A DNA stretch of 64,000 nucleotides from a virus (IMGVR_UViG_3300028591_000087:129103-193102); one strand, 5' to 3'. Shown: positions 51,360 through 60,265, counted from the first letter of the stretch. Numbers and translations: made by a program. The notes: a model not told the origin generated them from the sequence alone.

Positions 51360-53138
51360 TTATCTATGATAATTATCAGTATACGTTTTAATTAATTCAT
51401 ATAAAGTATCACTGTTAAGATACTCTTGCATTGGTTCAATATAAATTTTTTGTAACAAATAAGCAGGAGATTGACATTTTACAATATCTTCTTCTGTAAT
51501 TTTATAATCAAATATCTCGTTAAAAATATGTAATAGTTCATCAAAAGAATATTTATTAGAATTTACATATCTTGCGAGTTGTATATATTTTTTATATGGT
51601 CTATATAATTCTGTATTTAATACATCATCAGGAATATTATCGTTTACTGCATCAATATTTAATAACTGTGTAAATGGACCAAATGATTGCTCACGAGACT
51701 CCATAAAAATATGATGCCACAATAACAGGCTATCAATAGTTCTAAATACTATCTGATCACTATTATATGCTAATATAGTATTAATATAATCAGAGAACTT
51801 TATAGGTTTGTGTTCATATAAATTGTTTAAAGTATTATATAAGCCTTCGATAGCAGTAATACATTTTGGAATTGAGATATCATCTTGGTCATAATTTCTA
51901 CCATTTAAGATAGAATATGTATGATAATCATCATTAGGTACGATTAAAGTATTTACCGCATATAAATTATCCATTAATGAAGTATTAATGTAATAGATTT
52001 TAATATTTAAATATTTACTTAATCTCTTATAATATTCAATTAAGTCTTCATTTGAACTTTCTTTCGGCATATAACCATTATGATTATATGTATCAACATA
52101 TTCGATGCTATTAAAAAATTCAGCTGGGAAAATTGTGCCATTAATACTATTTCCATATACACCGCGCATAAACTCTTCACTTACACTCTTGTATGGAGTT
52201 TGTGTTTGACAAGCCCAATTCTTACCACTAAATGATTGAATACCTTGATATAATTCTGTTAATACACGTTCTGCTGCAATCTCAAATACTGGGAATGATC
52301 CAAAATTAATTCTAATTGAACCATCTTTATTATCAATTAATAAGGACATCATAACAGGAATGTTATAATTATAAGAAAGATCAAACATATAGAACTTGTA
52401 TCCAAGTGCTTTAATCTTATTGATAACTTCTTTGAGATGAACATCTTCGATTTTTTCAAGATCAATAGCATAATGTGGTGCCTTGATATCTCGGTATAGA
52501 ATACGATCAGCTGCATCACGTTCAACTAATTCTGAAATAGCTTGAACTAATGCTTCATTTAATGTGTTGCCGGCAGCCATACCATTTGATCTTGTGATTA
52601 ACATTAACATGCGTGGATCAATGTAACTAACATCAGAATGATCTGCAATATTGTAAAGCGGAACTCCAACATATGTGCCATTAGTAATGAACTTAATCAT
52701 AGATCGCAATAGTTTAGGACTATATCCAGAAACTTTTTTGAAATAAACTTCAGATCTTGGATTCTTGAATAATTCTTCATAAGATAAAATTCTTTCATCT
52801 GGAGAAAAATAATAACCATGTTCAGTCTGGTTTATTTCCATAAACTTACGGGTCCATAGCGGATTAGTTAAAAACATAATTTTATTACAGAAACGTTCAT
52901 AAAGTTCCGCATGACCACTAGCTAAAGCATATTCTTTTGTCATGCCTTTACCATTTGCGCCACCGAAATATATTCCATCTTTAAATAATTCAACTCTGCA
53001 AAACCAAGTCCCAGCTTCAGATTCTAATACTGGCTATGCATCTCTTAATTCAAATTTATGTTCTTTAAAAAAATCTTTAACTATTTGTACCGTCTGATTT
53101 GGATCTCTTTCTTTGTAATGAGTATTTAAACTTACCAT
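51360..53138 (-). CDS. YcaO-family enzyme (TAG at codon 35 read as Gln)
   Basis: HYKERDP, ANGKGMTKEYALASGHAELYER, SNGMAAGNTLNEALVQAISELVERD, AAERVLTELYQG; GGAGG RBS at 53138. Confidence 0.9.
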
Positions 53139-53164
53139 ATAAACCTCCATGGTTTAATTAAATT

Positions 53165-53253
53165 TGGCAGCCCGCCTGGGAGTCGAACCCAGTCCGTTTG
53201 CTTCAGAGGCCGCGGTTTTAGAGACCGCCCGTGCAGCCGCACACCTACGGGCT
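53165..53253 (-). tRNA. Amber suppressor tRNA (CUA), probably Gln
   Basis: GCGGT CTCTAAA ACCGC; T arm CTGGG TTCGACT CCCAG; acceptor AGCCCGT/GCGGGCT-G-CCA. Confidence 0.85.
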
Positions 53254-53453
53254 ATGTTTATCTTATATATAAATAATATCAAAAAAAATATAGTCCGTCA
53301 ACCTAATTATATTGTAATTTTCAATAGGACAATTATCATATATTACCCAATTTCAGGAAAAACAAAGATAGACGCGCGAATGGCATCCCGCACTAAAAAA
53401 TCTGAAGTTTCAAAATCATTTCCCGCGTGTCGACCCTCTGCGATCGGACCAGA

Positions 53454-54119
53454 TTATCCTCCCCATTCTTCCAGATCTTCATACTCCATATCTGCCAATT
53501 CTTCTTCATCCAAATTGTCAACATCACAATAAGTAGCTTTACATTTACAAGCGGGCACGAAGTGAGCATGGCCATGTTCATCTATATACCAACGTGCTGG
53601 ATGATATGGTGGAAGCGTATATTTATCTATTCCAACACGATATGTACCAAAGTGTTGTGAACATCCTTGTCCACATGCTGCTTCGCCATATATTATTACA
53701 AATTCAAATAAATCCAACTTTTGAACCAATTCATCAAAAGTAGTAATTGGTAAACGTTGTGCTTCGGTTGCCACAATCGCGGTTAGTGCATTTATTAAAT
53801 TAGATTTATTGCGCCATTTATTATAAGCATCAAAATGATTTTTAATACTACTGTGTAAAGTCCATCCATCTTCATGATATAATAATGAATCTAAAGATGA
53901 AAAATTTCTAAATGCTGAATCTTTAACATTATAGTGTTTTTTAATCCAGTCTTTAATTATGGATAATGCTCGTTCTAATATATCTCTAATCAACACTTCT
54001 ACATCTTCCATTTTTAAATTAGTTTCATGTAAAATATAATCAGATAATTCTTTCATATCATTTAAAATAATTGGAAAAATTTTATAGATTAAATCATTAA
54101 ATTCAGTAGTACTAACCAT
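53454..54119 (-). CDS. Possible MuF/SPP1 gp7-like head morphogenesis protein
   Basis: IVATE..R, CGQGC, LPPYHP...CKC with an insertion. Confidence 0.45.
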   Translation of the reverse strand: MVSTTEFNDLIYKIFPIILNDMKELSDYILHETNLKMEDVEVLIRDILERALSIIKDWIKKHYNVKDSAFRNFSSLDSLLYHEDGWTLHSSIKNHFDAYNKWRNKSNLINALTAIVATEAQRLPITTFDELVQKLDLFEFVIIYGEAACGQGCSQHFGTYRVGIDKYTLPPYHPARWYIDEHGHAHFVPACKCKATYCDVDNLDEEELADMEYEDLEEWGG

Positions 54120-54179
54120 TATAATTCCTCCGTAAATAACAAAATGGCCAGATCCAGTTAATCTCGGATCTGGCAATAG

Positions 54180-54253
54180 TACCTGCGGGTGGATTCGAAC
54201 CACCGACCTATGGGGTATGAGTCCATTGCTCTAACCACCTGAGCTACACAGGC
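54180..54253 (-). tRNA. tRNA-Met(CAU), elongator (or Ile2)
   Basis: Loop CTCATAC. Confidence 0.85.
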
Positions 54254-54315
54254 ATAAAGGGCAGACACATCCGCCCAATAAAGGCTTAGGCCGAAGCCAA
54301 CCGCCGCGATTCCAA

Positions 54316-54855
54316 TTACGGCCACTCACCAAGCGGCATTCCCAAACCAGCACGCTCAACGTTGGTATTGAAGAACACACCTGTAACAGCAGGACCAGTG
54401 AGAAGCTCATCAGCAATAGTCTCATACAAAGTGCTAATAACACCATGGCAATCATTCAAGTTGTCAGCCGGGAACTGAACTACACAGTTATTAAATACGA
54501 CATAAGTCGTTCCAATCCACTGATAACCTTCCTCAGCTGGGCAAACAGAATAGGCATAGGCGGGATTTTTCTCAAAAGCAGTATCAAACAATTCAACCTT
54601 GCTCTTGAAAGCACGATTGGAAGGAGTACCATCAACCATAACCTTGAGCTTCACATTACCAAAATCAATTTCCTCAGGAAGGATCTGCTGAAGGGCAGCA
54701 ACTTTATCGCCATTATTGCAAGCAAATACAATAGAAGGAGTAGAGCCACCAAAGTTACAGTTGCATGCGATCTGCGGATCGCCGTCAAATAATGCCTCGA
54801 ACTTACGAATCACAATAGTCCAAGGCGGGAGGATCTTGAGTCTTGCATCAGCCAT
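54316..54855 (-). CDS. Hypothetical protein
   Basis: AAGGAG RBS, 179 aa. Confidence 0.65.
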   Translation of the reverse strand: MADARLKILPPWTIVIRKFEALFDGDPQIACNCNFGGSTPSIVFACNNGDKVAALQQILPEEIDFGNVKLKVMVDGTPSNRAFKSKVELFDTAFEKNPAYAYSVCPAEEGYQWIGTTYVVFNNCVVQFPADNLNDCHGVISTLYETIADELLTGPAVTGVFFNTNVERAGLGMPLGEWP

Positions 54856-54886
54856 TATTGTTTCTCCTTTTTAAATCTAAAAATAC

Positions 54887-55004
54887 AAGACCCGTTTATA
54901 ATCGCGCTTCTACCACTGAGCGATCCCGGCATAAGCCGGGAGTTGGATTCGAACCAACGCTTTACGGGATTTACAGTCCAAAAAAAGTATTGCTGACAGG
55001 TCTT
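54887..55004 (-). ncRNA. CAGCAA element with permuted tRNA module and Tyr anticodon hairpin
   Basis: AAGACCTG TCAGCAA...CGGGTCTT; GGA CTGTAAA TCC; T arm; TCCCGGC-TTAT-GCCGGGA; D arm. Confidence 0.75.
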
Positions 55005-55008
55005 TAAG

Positions 55009-55079
55009 AGTGCCTAACGGGATTCGAACCCGTGACCACTGCATGGCAAGCAGCGATGTTACCACTACACCATAGGCAC
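55009..55079 (-). tRNA. tRNA-Gly(GCC)
   Basis: GCTGC TTGCCAT GCAGT. Confidence 0.9.
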
Positions 55080-55080
55080 A

Positions 55081-55155
55081 TGGGAGGTATGATAGGAGTC
55101 GAACCTACATTCATGGAGCCACAATCCATTGTCTTGCCGTTAGACGACATACCAC
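55081..55155 (-). tRNA. tRNA-His(GUG)
   Basis: ATGGA TTGTGGC TCCAT, G-1, CCA. Confidence 0.9.
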
Positions 55156-55158
55156 ATA

Positions 55159-55233
55159 TGGTACCGGCGCAGAGGATCGAACTCTGATTTCCGGTTTAGA
55201 AGACCGGTGCTCTATCCATTGAGCTACGCCGGC
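55159..55233 (-). tRNA. tRNA-Arg(UCU)
   Basis: CCGGT CTTCTAA ACCGG. Confidence 0.9.
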
Positions 55234-55241
55234 AAGTGTAC

Positions 55242-55322
55242 AAGACTCCTTATTATTAATAGCGTGTTTGATTAAAAGTCAAATGCTGTTATTACCAATA
55301 AGGTGTTTGCTGTGTGAGTCTT
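55242..55322 (-). ncRNA. CAGCAA element presenting a tRNA-Lys(UUU) anticodon stem-loop
   Basis: AAGACTC ACACAGCAA...GAGTCTT; apical TTTGA CTTTTAA TCAAA. Confidence 0.7.
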
Positions 55323-55325
55323 TAG

Positions 55326-55408
55326 TGCGGGATGAGGGACTCGAACCCTCACACGCTTAGCGCACATGATCCTTAGTCATGCCTGTCTACCAGTTCCAGC
55401 AATCCCGC
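55326..55408 (-). tRNA. tRNA-Leu(AAG)
   Basis: CATGA CTAAGGA TCATG, long variable arm. Confidence 0.9.
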
Positions 55409-55486
55409 ATAAGATGGGGTCGTTAGACCCCTATTAATTTACCCACGGGCTCCTGCATACGCAGCCAGTGCTCTTGCGTGGGTGAG

Positions 55487-55558
55487 TACCCCCTCAGGGA
55501 TTCGAACCCTGGTCGTCCGGTTCGTAGCCGGATACTCTTTCCGTTGAGCTAAAGGGGC
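55487..55558 (-). tRNA. tRNA-Arg(ACG)
   Basis: TCCGG CTACGAA CCGGA. Confidence 0.9.
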
Positions 55559-55657
55559 ACATGTCCAACTTCTTTTTAGTTTCACACCAAGAAAGCTGGA
55601 AGAACTTGGAGAGCCTATTCAAGGGAGCGACCCAAGCAATACGTATGCCATCCGCAC

Positions 55658-55733
55658 TGGTACCTCCCATGGGATTCGAACCCACACTGCACTGGTTCTA
55701 AGCCAGTTGACTCTTCCATTGGTCTAAGGAGGC
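55658..55733 (-). tRNA. tRNA with UAG anticodon (Leu codon) and short variable loop
   Basis: ACTGG CTTAGAA CCAGT; no class II arm. Confidence 0.8.
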
Positions 55734-55814
55734 ATAAAAGTGGCAGGGAATAAAGGATTAGGAGGTAGGTTTCATATTTGGGAAAGGAGGTATGAAGGGG
55801 ATCCCCCGCCAGCG

Positions 55815-55895
55815 TGCCCAAGGTGGGACTCGAACCCACACCCTCTTCGGATCCGATTTTGAGTCGGACGCGTCTACCAGTTCCACCACAAGGGC
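55815..55895 (-). tRNA. tRNA-Leu(CAA)
   Basis: TCCGA CTCAAAA TCGGA. Confidence 0.9.
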
Positions 55896-56006
55896 ATAAT
55901 GCGAATCGCATATGGCGTTACGAGGTCGCATCCCCGTATAGTCTTTCCTATAAGTCAATATCCCTAATAATATGCTGTCGTGTGGATATCTTATTCGGCA
56001 GCTTAG

Positions 56007-56090
56007 TGCCCATGGCCGGACTCGAACCGGCACGTCCTTGCGGACAGGGGATTTTAAGTCCCCTACGTCTACCAATTCCATCACATGGGC
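56007..56090 (-). tRNA. tRNA-Leu(UAA)
   Basis: GGGGA CTTAAAA TCCCC. Confidence 0.92.
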
Positions 56091-56324
56091 TTACTTATCG
56101 AATATCTTTTTGGTAGCTTCCAGATCACGATCAGTTATGATACTATCAATCATATCATAAACTTTAATATAAGTAACATCGGGGCCATAACCTTCCTCTT
56201 TGCGGCATAAACGCTGGACTGCATTAACATAACTACCCGCAGTTAGAAAACCTTTTTCTGCCACTTCTTTGTTCTGATATTCATTATAATAACCAACTTC
56301 ATATCTGAACAATCTTTGCGCCAT
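56091..56324 (-). CDS. Hypothetical protein
   Basis: Promoter at 56359-56387 and RBS. Confidence 0.55.
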   Translation of the reverse strand: MAQRLFRYEVGYYNEYQNKEVAEKGFLTAGSYVNAVQRLCRKEEGYGPDVTYIKVYDMIDSIITDRDLEATKKIFDK

Positions 56325-56388
56325 TTGTCATTTGCCCCTTTCTTTATCTTACATATATATTATATAATAATTTTTTGATATTATCAAC

Positions 56389-56685
56389 TTACCAAAGATC
56401 TTCACTGGTTAAAACCGATCCAATCATCTTGATACCCCATTCTTTAGCTAGCCTTGTTGCTGCTTCACGATTCACATAAACTGCATTTTTAAATCCAAAA
56501 TCTACCATAAAACCTTCTTCTTTATATATTGGTTTTGGTATTCCTTTATCTTTCATTTGCTGATAAATTTCATGATGACGTCTACCATACTCAGTATGCA
56601 ATATTCCATTATCATCAAGGTATTCAATAGCCGAGCATATAAATACCGGTTTATTAGTTACTGTCCCAGTTCCTGTATCTTTCAT
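56389..56685 (-). CDS. Hypothetical phage protein
   Basis: YGRRHHEI..EGF..VNREAA..SEDLW. Confidence 0.6.
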   Translation of the reverse strand: MKDTGTGTVTNKPVFICSAIEYLDDNGILHTEYGRRHHEIYQQMKDKGIPKPIYKEEGFMVDFGFKNAVYVNREAATRLAKEWGIKMIGSVLTSEDLW

Positions 56686-56708
56686 TGCTATTGCTCCTTA
56701 ATTTTATT

Positions 56709-56795
56709 TGGCGGACGCGGTAGGATTCGAACCTACGGGGCTTGTGACCCAACGGTTTTCTAGACCGCCGCCATAGTCCACTCGGCCACGCGTCC
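56709..56795 (-). tRNA. tRNA-Ser(AGA)
   Basis: GCGGT CTAGAAA ACCGT, long variable arm, CCA. Confidence 0.88.
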
Positions 56796-56798
56796 ATA

Positions 56799-56886
56799 TG
56801 GCGACCTCGGGTGGATTCGAACCACCGGACCCCGAAGGGTCAACGCCTTAGCAGGGCGCCGCATTCAACCACTCTGCCACGAGGCC
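56799..56886 (-). tRNA. tRNA-Ser(GCU)
   Basis: GCGCC CTGCTAA GGCGT. Confidence 0.92.
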
Positions 56887-56911
56887 AAAAGGCGTCATAT
56901 GACGCCTGAGA

Positions 56912-57229
56912 TTAAAATCCCCAGAAGGTTCTGAAGAACCGATCAAAAGGATTCATATTGCCGAGAATAGCATCGGCATTCTCAATGGAGGTATGAAATA
57001 CACCATAGTCTTTACAGAAAGCATCCAACTTTTCAGTAGCAACTTTCTGAGCTTCAACAGCAGCCTTTAGAGCTTCATCGACTTCTTTTGCACGCGCTTC
57101 TCGATTGGCTTTCTTTTCTGCCAAAGCCTTTTCTTTTGCAGCTTCTTCCTCAGCTACATGTTTTTCGTCCTTTTCAAGGGCTTCTACAGTTTCATATACC
57201 TTACCAGTTACGTCAGAAATATACTTCAT
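56912..57229 (-). CDS. Coiled-coil hypothetical protein
   Basis: GAGG RBS; terminator hairpin at 56890-56907. Confidence 0.65.
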   Translation of the reverse strand: MKYISDVTGKVYETVEALEKDEKHVAEEEAAKEKALAEKKANREARAKEVDEALKAAVEAQKVATEKLDAFCKDYGVFHTSIENADAILGNMNPFDRFFRTFWGF

Positions 57230-57282
57230 ATCATTTCCTCTTCTCTTGATACGTAGATTTGCGGCTTTCTGACTCTACCGCA

Positions 57283-57356
57283 TGGAGCCACCTATTGGAA
57301 TCGAACCAATATTCATGCTTTACGAAAGCATTGTCCTACCATTGAACGAAGGAGGC
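57283..57356 (-). tRNA. tRNA-Thr(CGU)
   Basis: ATGCT TTCGTAA AGCAT. Confidence 0.88.
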
Positions 57357-57362
57357 ATTACT

Positions 57363-57448
57363 AGACACGCTTATCTTCCCGGTGCCGACCCGGTGCCTTT
57401 TTACAAATCCAAACTCTGTTAATTTAAAGAAAGATTGCTGACGTGTCT
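57363..57448 (-). ncRNA. CAGCAA stem-closed element
   Basis: AGACACG TCAGCAA ATCTT...AAGAT..CGTGTCT. Confidence 0.62.
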
Positions 57449-57453
57449 CGGCA

Positions 57454-57527
57454 TGGAGCGCCATATGGGAATTGAACCCACACATACTGCTTGGAGGGCA
57501 GTCATACTACCATTATACGAATGGCGC
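57454..57527 (-). tRNA. tRNA-Gly(UCC), C33 variant
   Basis: ACTGC CCTCCAA GCAGT. Confidence 0.85.
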
Positions 57528-57529
57528 AT

Positions 57530-58028
57530 ATAGGCAAGCGTGCTAAGATCTCGTCATAGCGGGTTGCGCTGCCTAAAGAGCGTAGCGTAAAACCTCAAAC
57601 TAGCCATCGTCGCGTCCAGCTGAACCGCATGTTTTCTGCCTTGAACGGACACTCACCGTAGGCAAGGAAGGTGGACCCAGGGCATTGCACCCAGCCCGTG
57701 GCAGTTTTTACTCTTACTGGAGAACAAATGGGCAAATGCAACCGGTGTTCGAGACCATTTATACGATCTCGGCATTTGCCTATGTAGATCGTGCTCATTA
57801 AACACAACCCTACTTCCTAATGCTTATTGCAATGCTGTGCATCCACTTTCACAAGAGGAATTAGCTCCCCGTTTATACCCGCAGATATAATCCGGATCGA
57901 CACTTTACTATTTCACCCATAGCTAGGCTGTCTTTGAAACAGTGCTCGCCTCAGAGGTTTCCCGCCGTTACGCATGTTATTAGCTCACCCACGGCTAACG
58001 GGCAAGAGTTGAGAGGTTCCATGCTCCT
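57530..58028 (-). ncRNA. Candidate structured ncRNA(s)
   Basis: About 500 nt, GC-elevated, no credible ORF, multiple hairpins, between tRNAs. Confidence 0.4.
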
Positions 58029-58030
58029 CT

Positions 58031-58107
<77 letters not shown>

Positions 58108-58197
58108 TTATGTGGAAATAACTTCCAATAACCTCCATCTGGATCTTACTCTTGTCATCTTTTTCTTCCTCAATTTCAGATTCGTTATTTCCTCAAG

Positions 58198-58270
58198 TGC
58201 TCAGAGCTGGAATCGGACCAGCCAGTGGCGGATTTTCAATCCGCAGTGTTCACCAGTTCACCATCTGAGC
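58198..58270 (-). tRNA. tRNA-Phe(GAA)
   Basis: GCGGA TTGAAAA TCCGC. Confidence 0.88.
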
Positions 58271-58277
58271 ATAAAAC

Positions 58278-58393
58278 AAGACCCGCATTTACGCGCTCTA
58301 CCAATTGAGCTAATTGGGCATATGTGCCCAACCGTGGACTCGAACCACGAACCTCGTGCTCCCTAAGCAAATAGAAAGTTGCTGACAGGTCTT
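58278..58393 (-). ncRNA. CAGCAA element with permuted tRNA module and Pro(AGG) anticodon hairpin
   Basis: AAGACCTG TCAGCAA...CGGGTCTT; TGC TTAGGGA GCA; T arm; GTTGGGC-ACATAT-GCCCAAT; D arm. Confidence 0.75.
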
Positions 58394-58398
58394 TAGAA

Positions 58399-58475
58399 TG
58401 GCGATGACGACGGGGATCGAACCCGTGACCTCCGGAGTGACAGTCCGGTATGCTATCCATCTGCACCACGCCACC
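58399..58475 (-). tRNA. tRNA-Asp(GUC)
   Basis: CCGGA CTGTCAC TCCGG. Confidence 0.92.
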
Positions 58476-58551
58476 ATATAAAGTGTGAGGAGCCTACCCT
58501 CACTTTTGGGCGTTCTGCCCAGGCTGAGATCACCTTCTTAGATAATCTGAG

Positions 58552-58624
58552 CGGCTCCTGCAGGGCTCGAACCTGCGACCCACCGCTTAACAGGCGGTTG
58601 CTCTACCAACTGAGCTAAGGAGCC
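58552..58624 (-). tRNA. tRNA-Asn(GUU)
   Basis: ACCGC CTGTTAA GCGGT. Confidence 0.92.
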
Positions 58625-58729
58625 AAAGTCTATCAGACAACATACTCAATAAATTGAATAAGTGCCGATAGGTTCTCGGTTTTGTGCCCTTCTTCTCGCT
58701 TCGCTGATCCGATAACAGCTATCGAGGGG

Positions 58730-58807
58730 TGGTGGAGCCAGAGGGATTCGAACCCTCGACCCCCTGCTTGCAAGGCAGGTGCTCTAGCCAGGCTGAGCTA
58801 TGACCCC
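58730..58807 (-). tRNA. tRNA-Ala(UGC)
   Basis: CCTGC CTTGCAA GCAGG, G3:U70. Confidence 0.93.
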
Positions 58808-58986
58808 ATAGAATGTTGCACTTTACTTCGCTTCTTTATATACCGATTTCCGCAAGCCACATATCACTACTGACCTGCCCACTTGTTATCAAGCGTACTT
58901 AGTTGCTTTCGCGGCAGGTTTTGTGCCGGTGGTAGTTGAAGTGCTAAATCCGTGTTATCGGTTTCCATCCACTAACGAATGGAGAG

Positions 58987-59058
58987 TACCCTGTCCGGGG
59001 GTTGAACCCGGCCCTACAGCTTGAAGGGCTGTCGACTTAACCGATTGTCTAACAGGGC
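58987..59058 (-). tRNA. tRNA-Glu(UUC), C33 variant
   Basis: ACAGC CCTTCAA GCTGT. Confidence 0.85.
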
Positions 59059-59061
59059 ATA

Positions 59062-59595
59062 TAAACGAGCCTACTCCGAACTTCATATCGGTGCGCCGCA
59101 TCCACTAGCACACGGTGGTTTATCCAGGTGCACCTGGCCGGGATACTGTGCTTTCCCGCCTGCGGTCTTCGGCTCAATACCATTTCATAGAATGGACTCG
59201 CTTTTTTAGTCTCGGTCTCACCGAGGCTCCAGACTATTTCGAACTTGCGGTCTGTGGGCGCGACACCTTTCATTTCAGGTCTAAAACATTCTGCCTTGCG
59301 GCGCAGGTCGTGTATCTGCGCAGTGGTTGCATTTCAGTTGCCTTACGCCACGGTTGCCCTCCGTGGAGCCACTCAGCCAGATTTGCGCTGGCTTCACGCA
59401 TCTTGCGAGTGGAAGAGTTCCAGATTAGCTATCTCTGGAACTTGGGCTATCCTCTAAGTGCAGCAGGATTACGTGGACTGAGCACCCGCCATTGCCGGGA
59501 ATCGAACCCGATCAGTCCTCATAACCTTTTCGCCCTCACCAGATATTCGCGCTGGCGTTTCCCACGGCATCCAATATTAGGGTGGTGCTACCCTT
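59062..59595 (-). ncRNA. Candidate large ornate ncRNA (GOLLD/ROOL-type)
   Basis: About 530 nt, GC-rich, GNRA-capped hairpins, long-range AGCGAGTC/GGCTCGTT pairing, embedded T-arm remnant, between tRNAs. Confidence 0.45.
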
Positions 59596-59597
59596 AG

Positions 59598-59670
59598 TTG
59601 CGGGAGCAGGACTCGAACCTGCGACCTTCAGCTTATGAGGCTGATGAGCTACCAACTGCTCCATCCCGCG
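59598..59670 (-). tRNA. Initiator-type tRNA-fMet(CAU)
   Basis: CGCGGGA acceptor with C1:A72 mismatch; TCAGC CTCATAA GCTGA. Confidence 0.88.
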
Positions 59671-59981
59671 ATATGAAAGAAAGTTTTCCTCCGAAGAGAG
59701 GATGACTTACAACCCCTTGCGCAAGTGAGCCTTTTATTAGTAATTCAATCTGTATTTCAACAGATCCTCCAACTGCTCGTTACTCATGAGCCACAGTGTC
59801 TGATCTACTTCTTTAAGCCTTGACGTTGCTCTGTGAGATGTTCAGACATATAATCTCATTCACGCTTGCCACTATTGTTCTATTGCCACTTAGCAAGTGG
59901 GCGCACCCCGTCGGAACCTTCATACCGACTTTCTGTGTGGCAGGGCTGATAGTGGAGAGTTACTCCACGTCCCGAGGAAAA

Positions 59982-60057
59982 TGGTGACGCTACGAGGATT
60001 CGAACCTACGATCTACTGCTTGAGAGGCAGTCGGACTAACCATTATCCGATAGCGCC
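59982..60057 (-). tRNA. tRNA-Glu(CUC)
   Basis: ACTGC CTCTCAA GCAGT. Confidence 0.88.
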
Positions 60058-60265
60058 ATATGAAAGGCGATTTTAAGGCAATCGCCATGCCTGAACCACT
60101 CCACCCACGTATTTATATCCCGACCGTGGGACTCGGCTGAGAAAGCCTAACGCTCTTTCTCGCTCCAACGCTGCTTACGCAGTAGGCTTAAACTATTTTT
60201 TAACCTCATTGCCTTAGTTTGAGGGGTTTGTGAGGTTTTCCTTCCTCTCTTCATCTTACATATAT

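Noticed and set aside
53139-53164. HDV-like theta ribozyme after the suppressor tRNA
   Set aside because: The trailer is only 26 AT-rich nt containing the YcaO RBS. None was recognised by eye after other tRNAs either, though a descriptor search would be needed to exclude them.
53165-53253. Pyrrolysine tRNA interpretation
   Set aside because: The long variable region and normal TTCGA loop are unlike tRNA-Pyl, no pyl genes are seen, and TAG aligns with Gln positions.
55159-56795. Second amber suppressor suggested by CTA/TAG in the loops of tRNAs at 55159, 55658 and 56709
   Set aside because: The correct loop register gives UCU (Arg), UAG (reads the CUA Leu codon) and AGA (Ser).
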